Source of the DNA: an uncultured Campylobacter sp.
Lineage (GTDB): Bacteria; Campylobacterota; Campylobacteria; Campylobacterales; Campylobacteraceae
Assembly: GCF_938045775.1 (NCBI RefSeq)
Contig: NZ_CALIBH010000093.1
Coordinates: 1,409-65,408 of the forward strand
DNA length: 64,000 nucleotides
Direction: 5' to 3'
How positions within the stretch are numbered: position 1 is the stretch's first letter; the number at the start of each line of letters is the position of its first letter. A model generated the notes under the pieces. It saw only the letters and a program-made list of their open reading frames with translations. It was not told the origin of the DNA and ran no database searches. This document shows positions 30,414 to 40,454 of the stretch, piece after piece. Position numbers and translations under genes: made by a program.

Positions 30414-30988
30414 GAAATTTTAAAATAGCCCTTCAAATTTAACCCGCTTTACTAGCGTAAATTTAAATTCATACTCCGACTCCGAATAAAATTTCAATTC
30501 ATAAATTTTAACTTCCGCCGATCGTAAATTTAGATCAAAAAATTTCAATTAAATTTAAAAATTTAAAGCATAACTTAAAGTGCGCGCGGCGTCGTCTATT
30601 TGCTTTATCAAAATTTATTCCCTCGCGGATTAAACATACGCAGCGCTATCGCTTTGATTTTTATTTACGGATAAAATCGCCGCAAGCGGAATCGCGCAAA
30701 CGGGGCGAAATTTTACCTTCGGCGTAGCCTCAAGGCGGAGCGCTATTATAGACTTATATCGGATTGCGATCGTCAGCGCTTTATGTTAAGTTGCGATATT
30801 TTCCGCAGGCGGGTGTTTAAATTTTGCCGCCGCTTTGCGCCGTAAAATTTGATCTTCGCAGAGCGATCTACGCGCCGATCATATCGGCCGAGCCGACGCC
30901 CGAGCTCGCCTGTTCTCGGATTTAGCAGGCGTTTACTTTCGCGGGCTATAATGCGCCCGTTTTAAATATTTCAAAACAAAGGAAAATT

Positions 30989-31519
30989 ATGCAATAAACC
31001 AAATTGCAAGGCGTAAGCGTCGGTCTTTCGGGTAGCGAGCTTAAGCTTGGAGATGAGGCGCCATAGGTTAGTCTGGTCGCGGCCGATCTTAGCGAGGTCA
31101 AAGTCGGTGGCGGCACGGGCAAGGCCCAGGTCATCATCGCCGTGCTGTCTCTGGATACGGACGTGTGCGCGATCGAGACGCGCAAATTTAACGAGCGCGC
31201 CGCGAGTATAAAAAATACCGAGGTTTTCGTGATCTCGATGGATCTGCCGTTTGCCGCGGGCAGATTTTGCTCGACCGAGGGGATCAAAAATTTACGCACC
31301 CTAAGCGATTTTCGCGATAAGGAGTTTGCGCGCGCATACGGCGTGCTGATCGCGGACGGCACGCTTGCGGGGCTAACGTGCCGCGCGATTTTCGTCGTGG
31401 ATACCGCAGGCAAGATCGCTTACAAGCAGATCACGGACGACATCGTAGATGAGCCCGATTACAACGCGGCGCTCAATGCGGCGGCGTTTGCGAACGGAAG
31501 CGCTGCGACGCAGGGCTGA
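30989..31519 (+). pseudogene. tpx: Thiol peroxidase pseudogene (two in-frame stops)
   Basis: AAGGA RBS and ATG at 30989; TAA at 30995 and TAG at 31064; SLDTDVCAIETRKFN, ISMDLPFA..RFC, EPDY in the same frame. Confidence 0.88.
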
Positions 31520-32086
31520 TGCAATTTCTAGGTCTGCGGCGCAGACGTTGCCCGCTTAAATTTAGCGGGCTTAAAATACGCGGACGGGCGCCTTGCTCGC
31601 CCGCAACTTTAAATTTTAAAATTCCGCGGCGCCCTGAAATTTGGCATGCCGCGTCTAAAATTTCGACGGATCTGCGTTTGTGATCCTCTTTGCGCAGTTT
31701 GCAAGAAAAATTTTAAAATTTTAATCTCCAATTGATTCATAAATTCTCACATTCGGTATGCCTTTCGATCCGTCGGCACATATTTTGGATTTAGAAAAAA
31801 CAGCGCGCGATCAGGGTTAAATTTTAGCGCAAAAATACGGGCGGCAGTATAGCAAAGCTAGACGAGGCGGGGATGAAATTTGCGGGCGGAGCGTGTATGT
31901 AAATATGTAACCGAGCAAATTTCAGATGCAACGACGTATAGCAAAATAAGACAGCGCGCGCAAAGATAAGGCGAAGTATTTTTTCTTTAGACGAGGCGGA
32001 AATGAGCCGAATGAAGGAGCGTATATTATAATACGTGACCGAAATTCGGCGAAGTTTCCAACGATGTATAAAGGAAAGAGGGGTTG

Positions 32087-32830
32087 CTAAGTATTCAAGT
32101 CCGGATAATCCCACGCATTATATTCATCCGTCAGATTATCGTTCTCCGCCCCCTTGCAGCACAGCCACTCTAGCCCGCCGCGCCTCTCCATCACGATCTC
32201 TTCGTCGAGCCCCGCGCTATTCGTGCCGTGCACGCGAGCATTGACGCACGCCCAGTGGTAGCGGTAGATGAGATCAAGCGCCTGCAAAATTTCATCCGTA
32301 TCTCGTAGCTTCACGCGCTCCGAAAAATCACCGCCGCTAAAGGTGTCCATCACAAAGGCGCAATCGCAGATCTCGCTCGGAAAGCTAAGCTCATCCACGA
32401 GCCCCATCGCCCACATCAGCGCCCACAGCGACTCGTATTTCCAGCCCATATTTACGGCCTCGTCGCGGCTCGCCTCGCCCTGCACGACGCGGCACTCCAT
32501 GCGCGTGAGCTTGTCTATGCAGCCGTAGCGGTTATCTAGAAAGCCCCGTACGCCCTGCTTATCCTCGTCTGCGAGCTTGCCCTCGTCTCTGATAGAGCAG
32601 GCGCACATTATCGCCGCGTACGAGCAGATCGCGCGGGCGATGACCTCGTCTTTTTCGCGCGGGGAAACCTCGCTCGTCTCGTACCGTAGCGGCAGATGAT
32701 CGATATACGGCACGCCCTGCGATTTTAAAATTTCGATGCTTATATCCTTGCGCTCCTGCGCGGTCTTGCCGATCTTTGCGGCGTTTGCGCTATTTTTGCC
32801 ACCTTTTTTGAAAAAATCTGAAAATGCCAT
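32087..32830 (-). CDS. DUF4272-like protein
   Basis: WKYESLWALMWAMG, EILQALDLIYRYHWACV, IVMERR..LEWL. Confidence 0.8.
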   Translation of the reverse strand: MAFSDFFKKGGKNSANAAKIGKTAQERKDISIEILKSQGVPYIDHLPLRYETSEVSPREKDEVIARAICSYAAIMCACSIRDEGKLADEDKQGVRGFLDNRYGCIDKLTRMECRVVQGEASRDEAVNMGWKYESLWALMWAMGLVDELSFPSEICDCAFVMDTFSGGDFSERVKLRDTDEILQALDLIYRYHWACVNARVHGTNSAGLDEEIVMERRGGLEWLCCKGAENDNLTDEYNAWDYPDLNT

Positions 32831-33123
32831 GAGCTCTCCTTAAAATTTTAAACGTATTTTAAAACAATCGCGCAAAATTTCAACTTACGGCGGCGGGACG
32901 GATTTTTTAAATTTAAACTCAAACTCAAGCTTTGCAATCGGACGGAAATTCCGTGCCTCATCTTGTTAATTTATACGGCGCCGTTCAGGCTCGCCCGCGC
33001 CATAATAAGGCAATGAAAAAGGATCGTTTGCGCCGCAAGAGGGCGGCCGAATTATGGTAAAATTCGGCAAATTTAATGCAGGAGCGGCGAATGGGACGGC
33101 AGATAAATTTTTAAAATCGCAAA

Positions 33124-33157
33124 AGAACACGCTGAGAACACATTCACTCGCTAAAAT
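33124..33157 (+). promoter_or_regulatory. Direct repeat AGAACAC-N4-AGAACAC over the -35 region plus a -10 TAAAAT, upstream of gpx
   Basis: Repeats at 33124 and 33135 (11-bp period); GCTAAAAT at 33150-33157. Confidence 0.5.
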
Positions 33158-33199
33158 TTATTAAAAATTTTAAGGCGAAAAGTGCCACAAAGGAGAAAA

Positions 33200-33748
33200 A
33201 TACAAATCTACGACATTAACGTAACTACAGGCAGAGGCGAGCAAAAATCTATGGGCGAGTACCGCGGCAAAGTGTTGCTTATCGCAAATACGGCCAGTAA
33301 ATGCGGCTTTACGAACCAATACGAGGAGCTTGAGGTGCTAAATCAGGAGTTTAAAGACAAGGGGCTTTGCGTATTGGGCTTTCCTAGCGATAATTTCGCT
33401 CATCAGGAACCCGATGACGACGAGACGATAGAGCAAAATTGCAAGCTAAATTTTGGCGTAACGTTTGAGCTATTTAAAAAAGGCGACGTGCGCGGCGAGA
33501 GTGCGATAGAGCTGTTTAAATTTCTAACTTCAAAACAGGGGTTTAAAGGCTTTGATGTAGCCCATCCGTTAAGCGCAAAACTTGAAGAATCGCTAAAAAG
33601 CAACTTCTCTGAAATTTTAGAAGGCGACGGCGTGAAATGGAATTTTGCGAAATTCGTAGTGGATAGAAACGGCGAAGTCATAGCGAGATTTGAGCCGACG
33701 GCTAGCTTTGAACAGATAAAAGCGTGCGTGAAAAAGATATTAGGCTAA
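33200..33748 (+). CDS. Glutathione peroxidase family protein; expected start codon reads ATA
   Basis: NTASKCGFT, LGFPS.NF..QEP, KWNF.KF motifs; AGGAG at 33191 followed by ATA at 33200. Confidence 0.85.
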   Translation: MQIYDINVTTGRGEQKSMGEYRGKVLLIANTASKCGFTNQYEELEVLNQEFKDKGLCVLGFPSDNFAHQEPDDDETIEQNCKLNFGVTFELFKKGDVRGESAIELFKFLTSKQGFKGFDVAHPLSAKLEESLKSNFSEILEGDGVKWNFAKFVVDRNGEVIARFEPTASFEQIKACVKKILG

Positions 33749-33818
33749 ACGGCTGCTCGCGGGCGCTTGAGTAAAGCGCGGCGAGCCTGAAATATAAAAT
33801 CAAATTTAAGGAGAGAAA

Positions 33819-34388
33819 ATGCAACTACTCGAAGCTATGAAAAAGCGTCGAAGCGTGCGCGAATTTAACGCCGAAGTCCCGTCAAAAGAGGAGATCCAGG
33901 CGATTTTGGAGGCAGCGTATCTAGCGCCCGCTCTTTTTACCACGAAGGATGCTCACATAAGCGTTATCACGGACAAAGATCTTTTGCGCGAGCTTGATGC
34001 GGCGGCCGTTAAGAAATTCGGCAAAATGCTTGAAAACATGGGGATGAAAACCAAAACTACGCTTTACGGCGCGCCCGTTCTTATCTTGCTTTCGGGTAAA
34101 TTCGCGACGGAACTGCCGAAGGAATGCGAAGGCGCCAAGCTTGAAAACCTACACCGCGGGATTTACTGGGCGATGGGTTCTGTGATGCAAAATATGCAGC
34201 TTCGCGCAACCTCGCTTGAGCTTGCTTCGTGCCCGATAAATACAGTCGTCGTTACGCTTTTTGACGAGCCTGTTCTCGCAGCTCGCGTGGGCATCCCCGA
34301 GGGATACTCGCCGCTTTGCTCGCTTGCGATCGGTAAAAGCGACATTAAATGCGAGGAGCGTAAGCCTAGTTGCGATCATTATATTTAA
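33819..34388 (+). CDS. Nitroreductase family protein
   Basis: AMKKRRSVREF, ILEAAYLAP, YGAPVLI, MQNMQL.ATSL.L.SC, LAIG. Confidence 0.9.
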   Translation: MQLLEAMKKRRSVREFNAEVPSKEEIQAILEAAYLAPALFTTKDAHISVITDKDLLRELDAAAVKKFGKMLENMGMKTKTTLYGAPVLILLSGKFATELPKECEGAKLENLHRGIYWAMGSVMQNMQLRATSLELASCPINTVVVTLFDEPVLAARVGIPEGYSPLCSLAIGKSDIKCEERKPSCDHYI

Positions 34389-34754
34389 TTTACTTGCGCC
34401 CTGGCGTTTAAATTTGCGCCTGCAACGAAGCCTAATGTGGCGTCTGAGTGGATACGTTTATAGTAGCTAAACGCTTAAATTTGCAGGCGTTTTAAATTTA
34501 TAGCCCTTTGCGAGCCGTCTGCGGCAAGCGGCGCAAACTAGCGGCGGCGAAGGCGGCTTTGAGATCGTGCGGCTTACGATGCGGCGGGGCGATTTTTTGC
34601 TTACATGGGCGCCCTTGCGCGAGTGATGCCGCTTTTTCTTGCATAACCAAGCCGTTTAGGCGGGAAAACGATTAAATTCTAAAAGCGCGCGTGATTCAAG
34701 CAGCGCTTTTTTGCGTAAGCGTCGCCTTTTGCTCGCGCTAGCGGTGCCGCCCGT

Positions 34755-35264
34755 TTACGGCGTCGTAATATTCGGCAGTTTGTCGTCGTTCGGATCAAAT
34801 TTTAAAATTTTACCGTCCGCGCAGCGCTTCGCGTAAAAATAATCTTTGTAAAAATAAGCGCCGCAGCTAAGCCCGCGACCGATCGCTTCGTCGTTTTCTA
34901 GTTTATTTTTGATCGCGGATAAATTTCCCCAAGTAGCCGCGCCCTGATTTTTTGCGAGGAGCCGTAGCGCGATCATATCTATAGCTTCTTGCGTCTCCCG
35001 CCCGCCCATGCCTTCGAGATGCTTCGATACATATCGTCGTAAAATACCTTTGCAGGCAATTCGGGCTCTTGCGGCGATTCCGGCGAGATAAAAATTTTAA
35101 GCCTTGCCTCAGGTCGGTTAAGTTTCGGCGGTTACTCGAACCGGTTTTGGCGGCGCCATAGGCGCTCTTTTTTGCAAATATACCGTCCCGCCGCAGCCGG
35201 CAAGGATATCCGCGATATACGGAATAAAATCGCCGAGCGGCATAAGAAAGTGGATGTAGGGCAT
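34755..35264 (-). pseudogene. Probable fragmented hypothetical gene
   Basis: Protein-like pieces in different frames: MPYIHFLMPLGDFIPYIADIL..., FFISPESPQEPELPAKVFYDDMYR..., EGMGGRETQEAIDMIALRLL... Confidence 0.4.
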
Positions 35265-35494
35265 TTTATCTGCGTTTTAAATTTTACTTTTTATGGCTTC
35301 GGCGATCGCACGCCGCTTAAATCGATGCTTATCTTTTGATCGCGCGTTCACATAAGCAAAACGCGCTTTGTCGCGTAAATTTAAAAAGCGACGCCCGAAT
35401 TTAGCCGAGCGCCGCAATTAAAAATTTAACCGATTTGCGCATTCAAACGAGCGGTGATCAGGCGCATCTATCGGTTAAATTTGAGCGGGTACGA

Positions 35495-36328
35495 TCAATA
35501 CTTAAATGAGCTACCCGGCTCGATCAACTTAACCTTTTGCTTATAGTTCATCTTAAGCACCGCAGCAGGCCCTAGCACGGTCGCCTTTTCGCCCTCAAGC
35601 CAAAACGCTGTACCCTCCGGCATCGCGTACACCGTCGATTTTTGATTAGCGATCAAAAATTCCTCCAGCCTCTCCTCTCTACTCTCGCCGTTGTGCCCCG
35701 CAGGCTTGCCCGAGATGAAGTGCGGATTGATCTGGTGCGGGAAGATATTGAAGGTATTAAACGACTCGGGCTCGATGATCGGCATATCGTTCGTCGTCAT
35801 CATCGTAGCGCCCGCGACATTCGAGCCCGCGCTCCAGCCGATATACGGCGTGCCGTCCTCGACCATTTTGCTAATCAGAGCGATGAGCTCGTTTTCGTAC
35901 ATATCGTGCACGAGCTTGAAGGTGTTGCCGCCGCCTACGAATATGCAATCCGCGCTCGCGACTTCCTTTGCGGCGTTTTTAGCGTGGTGGACGCCGACGA
36001 TGTTTAAATTTAAGCTCGCAAGCGCCTCTTTGACGCGCTTTTCGTATTCGTCGTAGCTCCTGCGCAGGCTCGCGTAAGGAATAAAAACGATTTTTTTGCC
36101 CGCGAGGTTGTTCTCCTGTGCAAATTTACCGATCCACGACACCGCGTGCGATAGATACTTCGTGTCTTTGTAGCCCGAGCTTGAGAGCAGCAGCGCTCTT
36201 TGCTTGCTATGATCGCGCTTTGAGAGCTTAAACGCCTTTTCGCTCGCAGCTAGTTCGCTCGTACCGAGCATCGCAGCGCCCGCCGCCAAAGCGGCCACCT
36301 TTAGTAGGTCTCGTCTTTGATTTTGCAT
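35495..36328 (-). CDS. pepE: Dipeptidase E (peptidase S51) with twin-arginine signal peptide
   Basis: FIPYA, IFVGGGNTF, YIGWSAG, TTNDMP, INPH, GESREERL; N-terminal QRRDLLK plus hydrophobic stretch. Confidence 0.92.
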   Translation of the reverse strand: MQNQRRDLLKVAALAAGAAMLGTSELAASEKAFKLSKRDHSKQRALLLSSSGYKDTKYLSHAVSWIGKFAQENNLAGKKIVFIPYASLRRSYDEYEKRVKEALASLNLNIVGVHHAKNAAKEVASADCIFVGGGNTFKLVHDMYENELIALISKMVEDGTPYIGWSAGSNVAGATMMTTNDMPIIEPESFNTFNIFPHQINPHFISGKPAGHNGESREERLEEFLIANQKSTVYAMPEGTAFWLEGEKATVLGPAAVLKMNYKQKVKLIEPGSSFKY

Positions 36329-36557
36329 CTTTTCTCCTTTAAATCAAAGTTTGTATTTACTTTAAAATTATATTCCTTTACATATAAAGAGGGGCTGAAT
36401 ATTCGGTTTAAATTTCGCTCGCCCCAAGGCCTCGGCAAGGTAAAATTTAAAACTACCAAATTCCGAAATTCAGCGAGGCGCTGCGTCGTAAAATTTAAAA
36501 ACGCGGCCAAATTTAATGAAATTCATGGCGCCGACACTAGGTTAAATTTAGTGAAAT

Positions 36558-37094
36558 TTACGCTTCGTCTTTCGGGGTATATGAGCCCGTATTGAAAAAA
36601 TAGCATACCCCAAAAACTATTCCGCAAATCGGCGCTACGATTAAGGCGTACAAAAATATATGAGCTGCGGCGCCTTCCAATATCCCGGTAAAAATCAAGG
36701 TCGGATATAAAAGCAAAACTATACTGGCAAAATTTTCTATCGTAAAGACCAACAAACTATCTCCTTGATCCTTGATAAAAAGGTTGCTGTATCGCTTAGT
36801 CTTAGTGTATCTTAAAAAACAGATCGTCGCGCATATAGGCAAAACTATTATCGCGACATCACGAATATCTCTAAAAATTTTAGACGACGATTCTATACCG
36901 ATATTCGAAAAAAGCAAATCAAGAAAAAACATTAGCATTAGCGAGAAATAGATGGTTGTAGCCGCCGACGAATAATACCCTATAATCACGCGTCTAATAA
37001 ATTTATGCCTATCGTATCGCTTCTTTGAATTTTCAGGGATAGCGGCAAATTTCTCGTCCAGCTCTTTTGTGTCTGATTGAAATTTTTTATCCAC
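36558..37094 (-). CDS. Hypothetical membrane protein (about 4 TM)
   Basis: 178-aa AT-rich ORF with four hydrophobic segments. Confidence 0.65.
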   Translation of the reverse strand: MDKKFQSDTKELDEKFAAIPENSKKRYDRHKFIRRVIIGYYSSAATTIYFSLMLMFFLDLLFSNIGIESSSKIFRDIRDVAIIVLPICATICFLRYTKTKRYSNLFIKDQGDSLLVFTIENFASIVLLLYPTLIFTGILEGAAAHIFLYALIVAPICGIVFGVCYFFNTGSYTPKDEA

Positions 37095-37201
37095 AGCTCA
37101 CTTCTTTTAAAGCGCTAAATTTTAGAAATTATATCGAATTTGGCGCTGCAAAGCGGCTACATTTAGGTCTAAATTTAAACGCGAAAGAGTATAATCGCGC
37201 C

Positions 37202-37499
37202 ATGGTTTTGACGCAAAATTTGATCTATGAAATTTTACCTTTGTCGAGGAAATCCCCGCGGGCAGGGTGGCATCATACGGACAGATCGCGCGCCTGATCG
37301 GGCTGCCCGCTTGCTCGCGGCTCGTGGGGCGCGTGCTCTCGCAAGTGTGCTCTACGGCGATTACCCGTGCCACCGCGTCGTAAACCACGCAGGCGCCTTG
37401 GCGGCGAGCTTTGCGGCTCAGCGCGAACTGCTAGAGGCCGAAGGCGTGGAATTTAGAGGCGAGCGCGCCCGTATGAAAAAGCACCGCTGGGAGTGTTAG
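37202..37499 (+). pseudogene. Short MGMT/alkyltransferase-family gene with two -1 frameshifts
   Basis: MVLTQNLIYEIL / VEEIPAGRVASYGQIARLIG..SRLVGRVLSQ / YGDYPCHRVVNHAG...QRELLEAEGV lie in three successive frames. Confidence 0.85.
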
Positions 37500-38192
37500 G
37501 CATGGAATTTTATTGCCCCTGTGCGGTGCGGAATTTACGGATCATTCGAAGCGCGAAATTTTGAATTGTCCGCGGCATGGAATTTTAATTTATAAAATTT
37601 TATATCCGCGCAGGTTTAAGCGGCGTAGTGGCAGCGCCACCGACCGCCAAGAGCCTGCGAGCTTCATTTGTTTGTAGATGCGGCGCAAATCATCATGCGT
37701 GAAAAAATAAAATTTATCTTTTTTGCGCGGCGGCTTAAATGCTGCACTAAGCGGCTCCTCGGCATCAGTCCGCCGCAGTTTTACTAAGCAGATGCGACGC
37801 CGCCTATTAGTTTTCTTGTTGCGCCCGTTTCGGCGCCGCTTGTAGATTTTGGTTATCGCAAATTTTGTAGCGGCCGAACTGGCGGCCGATCTATCCGTCC
37901 TCGGCGCGTTAAAATTTTAAATCGATGCGACTTCTGTGAAAGGCGGAGAAAAGCGGCGAAATTTTAAAATTTACTCAATCCGCTCTTTGAGCGCACCGGT
38001 GCGGGACGTTTTGCGGTGCGCCGATTTGAGTTTCGCACGGGGCTCCGTTTTGGCGGCATAGCTAGGCTCATTTAGCGATACGGCTCGCAACGTTTATCGT
38101 CCTTTTGGCGGCAGGCCTCATCTTGCGCGGCTTTGCTATCCGGTTAGCTTTTTTGGGCCTTGGGCGCGCTATTAGCCGCTTAAATTGCATTC

Positions 38193-38990
38193 TTACGGCG
38201 CGGTGCTATTTGGGGGCGTGAAAAAGCCTTGCATATCGACGCCCCCTGGCTGCAGCAGCTTTATTTTTCTATCGATGCCGCCTGCGTAGCCCGTGAGGCT
38301 GCCGTGCGTGCCTACGACGCGGTGGCAGGGGATGATGATCGAGATTTCGTTGTGCCCTACGGCGCCGCCCACGGCTTGCGCGGACATCTTCGCTAGCCCG
38401 CGTGCTGCGGCGATTTCGCGCGCGATCTGCCCGTAGGTCGTGGTTTTTCCGTATGGAATTTTAAGCAAAATTTCCCACACGGCGCGCCTAAACGCCGAGC
38501 CTACGGGATTTAGAGCGGGCGTAAAACCCGGCTCGCGTCCGCTAAAATACAGATCAAGCCAGCGCCTAGTTTGATCAAAAACGGCTAGGTTTCTCTCCTC
38601 AAAGTACCAGCTTTGCTCGTTTTGCTCATTCGCGCAGAATTTTCCGCTCCCACCTTGCGCCGAAAGATTGGTCGCGCGAGGTTTTTCGCCCGTGTCTTTA
38701 ACTGCAAAATCGCGCGCGTTGTACTTTTCGTCTGCGCCGTTCGCCGCTTTTGCCGCAAAATCGCTCTCTTCACTCTTTTTCAATGCTGCAAAATCGCGCT
38801 GCGTTTCGCTCGCGGCGTGCCGCTCTTTTGCGAGCAGATCGTCGTCGCCCCGCTTTTTATCCGCACCGCTTGCCGTGAGGGCGTGCGCGTAGTATTTCTC
38901 GCCCTCGAACCACAGTCCGCAAAGCCCCGCTCCATCGCCCGCGAGCGTGATTTTACCAAGCGGCGAGTCGTAATATGCGATAAATTTCAT
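38193..38990 (-). CDS. ogt: Methylated-DNA--protein-cysteine methyltransferase with a low-complexity insert
   Basis: YDSPLGKI, IPYGKTTTYG, AQAVGGAVG.N, IPCHRVVG..GSLTGYAGG. Confidence 0.9.
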   Translation of the reverse strand: MKFIAYYDSPLGKITLAGDGAGLCGLWFEGEKYYAHALTASGADKKRGDDDLLAKERHAASETQRDFAALKKSEESDFAAKAANGADEKYNARDFAVKDTGEKPRATNLSAQGGSGKFCANEQNEQSWYFEERNLAVFDQTRRWLDLYFSGREPGFTPALNPVGSAFRRAVWEILLKIPYGKTTTYGQIAREIAAARGLAKMSAQAVGGAVGHNEISIIIPCHRVVGTHGSLTGYAGGIDRKIKLLQPGGVDMQGFFTPPNSTAP

Positions 38991-39035
38991 TGTTTCTCCT
39001 GTTTTGCGATTAAATTTAGGCGCCGCAAGCAGCGC

Positions 39036-39449
39036 TTAAATTTCCCAAATTTCTAAAATTTGCGGGCAGATTTTAGCTACGCTTTGTTCAAACTCCGCCT
39101 TTTGCGAGGCGTTCGGTTCGTCAAGGGCTTCGAATTTAGCAAAAAGCTCCGCTATCTCAAACCAGCCCGCAAGATTTAGATCGAATTTTTTCAAATTTGC
39201 CTCGGACAAAAACTCCAAATCATGGTCGTAAAACGCGATCTCGCCGCCAGAGCTTAGCAACCAAAGATCGCCGCTGCCGCCGTCTGCAAATATACAAAAC
39301 TCGCGCAGCAGCCCGCTGTCGCCCTCAAAAGGAAATTTTGCCGCGTCGTTGCAGCGTGCGATCTCATACTCTTTCAGCACTCTAAAATCGCCCGCAATCT
39401 CCCTTCCGAAGTATCCGCCTAGGATATTTTTTAGCTCGTTTTTGTTCAA
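39036..39449 (-). CDS. Hypothetical protein, SUKH/SMI1-KNR4-like
   Basis: IFADGGSGDLWLL...GEIAFYDHD resembles the SUKH core. Confidence 0.5.
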   Translation of the reverse strand: MNKNELKNILGGYFGREIAGDFRVLKEYEIARCNDAAKFPFEGDSGLLREFCIFADGGSGDLWLLSSGGEIAFYDHDLEFLSEANLKKFDLNLAGWFEIAELFAKFEALDEPNASQKAEFEQSVAKICPQILEIWEI

Positions 39450-39466
39450 AATTTAACTCCTTCGCT

Positions 39467-40186
39467 TTAGTTTCGCTTTTTGGCGTAGAGCATAAGAAAG
39501 CCAACCATCGCCGCGAAAATCACGCACATCGCAAGCGTCACGATGAGCGTGCCGTGCGTCGAGCCGTTTAAAAACAGCCCCGTCGTGTTCATACCGAAAA
39601 AGCTCGTGATGAAATTTAGCGGCATCAGCAGCGACGAGATGATCGTGAGAATGTAGATGTTGCGGCTAATTTTGTCGTTTTTAAGCCCCTGGATGAATTG
39701 ATAGATATCCTCGATCCTGACGGCATATTCGCTCATCACGCCTTTAAAAACGCCCGCTTCGTAGGCGTAGTTTTTCAGCTGCTTTTTCAGCGCCGGCTGC
39801 TCGTTTGCGCAGATGAGAAGCGCCTCGTAAAAATGCGAAATTTTGTTTTGAAATTTGCGGATTTCATATTTTAGGATCGAATGCCTTTTCATAAATTTTG
39901 AAAAATCGCCGCGGCGCGTGTAGATTTTTTCGTAATTCTCAAGCTCTGCGGAGTGCTCTAAAATTTTATCGCGATATTGTGCTAGGATCTTTTTGACGAC
40001 CGCGAAAAACTCCGCCTCGCTGCTAAGCCGCACCTCGGCGGCACCCTCCTGCAAATAGATCGCGTCCGCGTCGAAAATAAAGCGGTAGTTTTGCTCGCGT
40101 GGCGCGTCCGTTACGAAATATACATACTCGCGATCCTCGGCGTAGTAATAGCCCGAAACGCTGCGCTTTTCGGTAATCGGGTTCAA
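39467..40186 (-). CDS. CorA-family divalent cation transporter
   Basis: Two C-terminal TM helices with FFGMN signature. Confidence 0.88.
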   Translation of the reverse strand: MNPITEKRSVSGYYYAEDREYVYFVTDAPREQNYRFIFDADAIYLQEGAAEVRLSSEAEFFAVVKKILAQYRDKILEHSAELENYEKIYTRRGDFSKFMKRHSILKYEIRKFQNKISHFYEALLICANEQPALKKQLKNYAYEAGVFKGVMSEYAVRIEDIYQFIQGLKNDKISRNIYILTIISSLLMPLNFITSFFGMNTTGLFLNGSTHGTLIVTLAMCVIFAAMVGFLMLYAKKRN

Positions 40187-40454
40187 TGAGGCCTCCTTAT
40201 TCAGTCGTTTTAAATTTATGGAATTTTAGAATTTCGTTGCCGATCAGAATTCCGAAATTTCGCCAATAATAGGAATTCTAAAATTCCGCAGTCACTTAAA
40301 TTTTATCGTATTTGGAATTTCAAAATTCTTTTGCGCTTGGAATTTTAAAATTTTAAGCACGAAAGAATTTTATTATCAGATCTTTTAGGATTGGTGGAAT
40401 TTTATGCGGCGTAGTCGCAATATAAAGAATTAACGCGAGCGTAGCTCGCACCGC

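Noticed and set aside
30995..31066. Stop-codon recoding (Sec/Pyl) in tpx
   Set aside because: The stops are TAA and TAG at non-catalytic positions, with no recoding machinery visible; decay is the simpler explanation
37500..38190. ORF-free GC-rich 700-bp spacer
   Set aside because: Only short repeats such as GGCATGGAATTTTA twice; no recognisable RNA family or gene remnant
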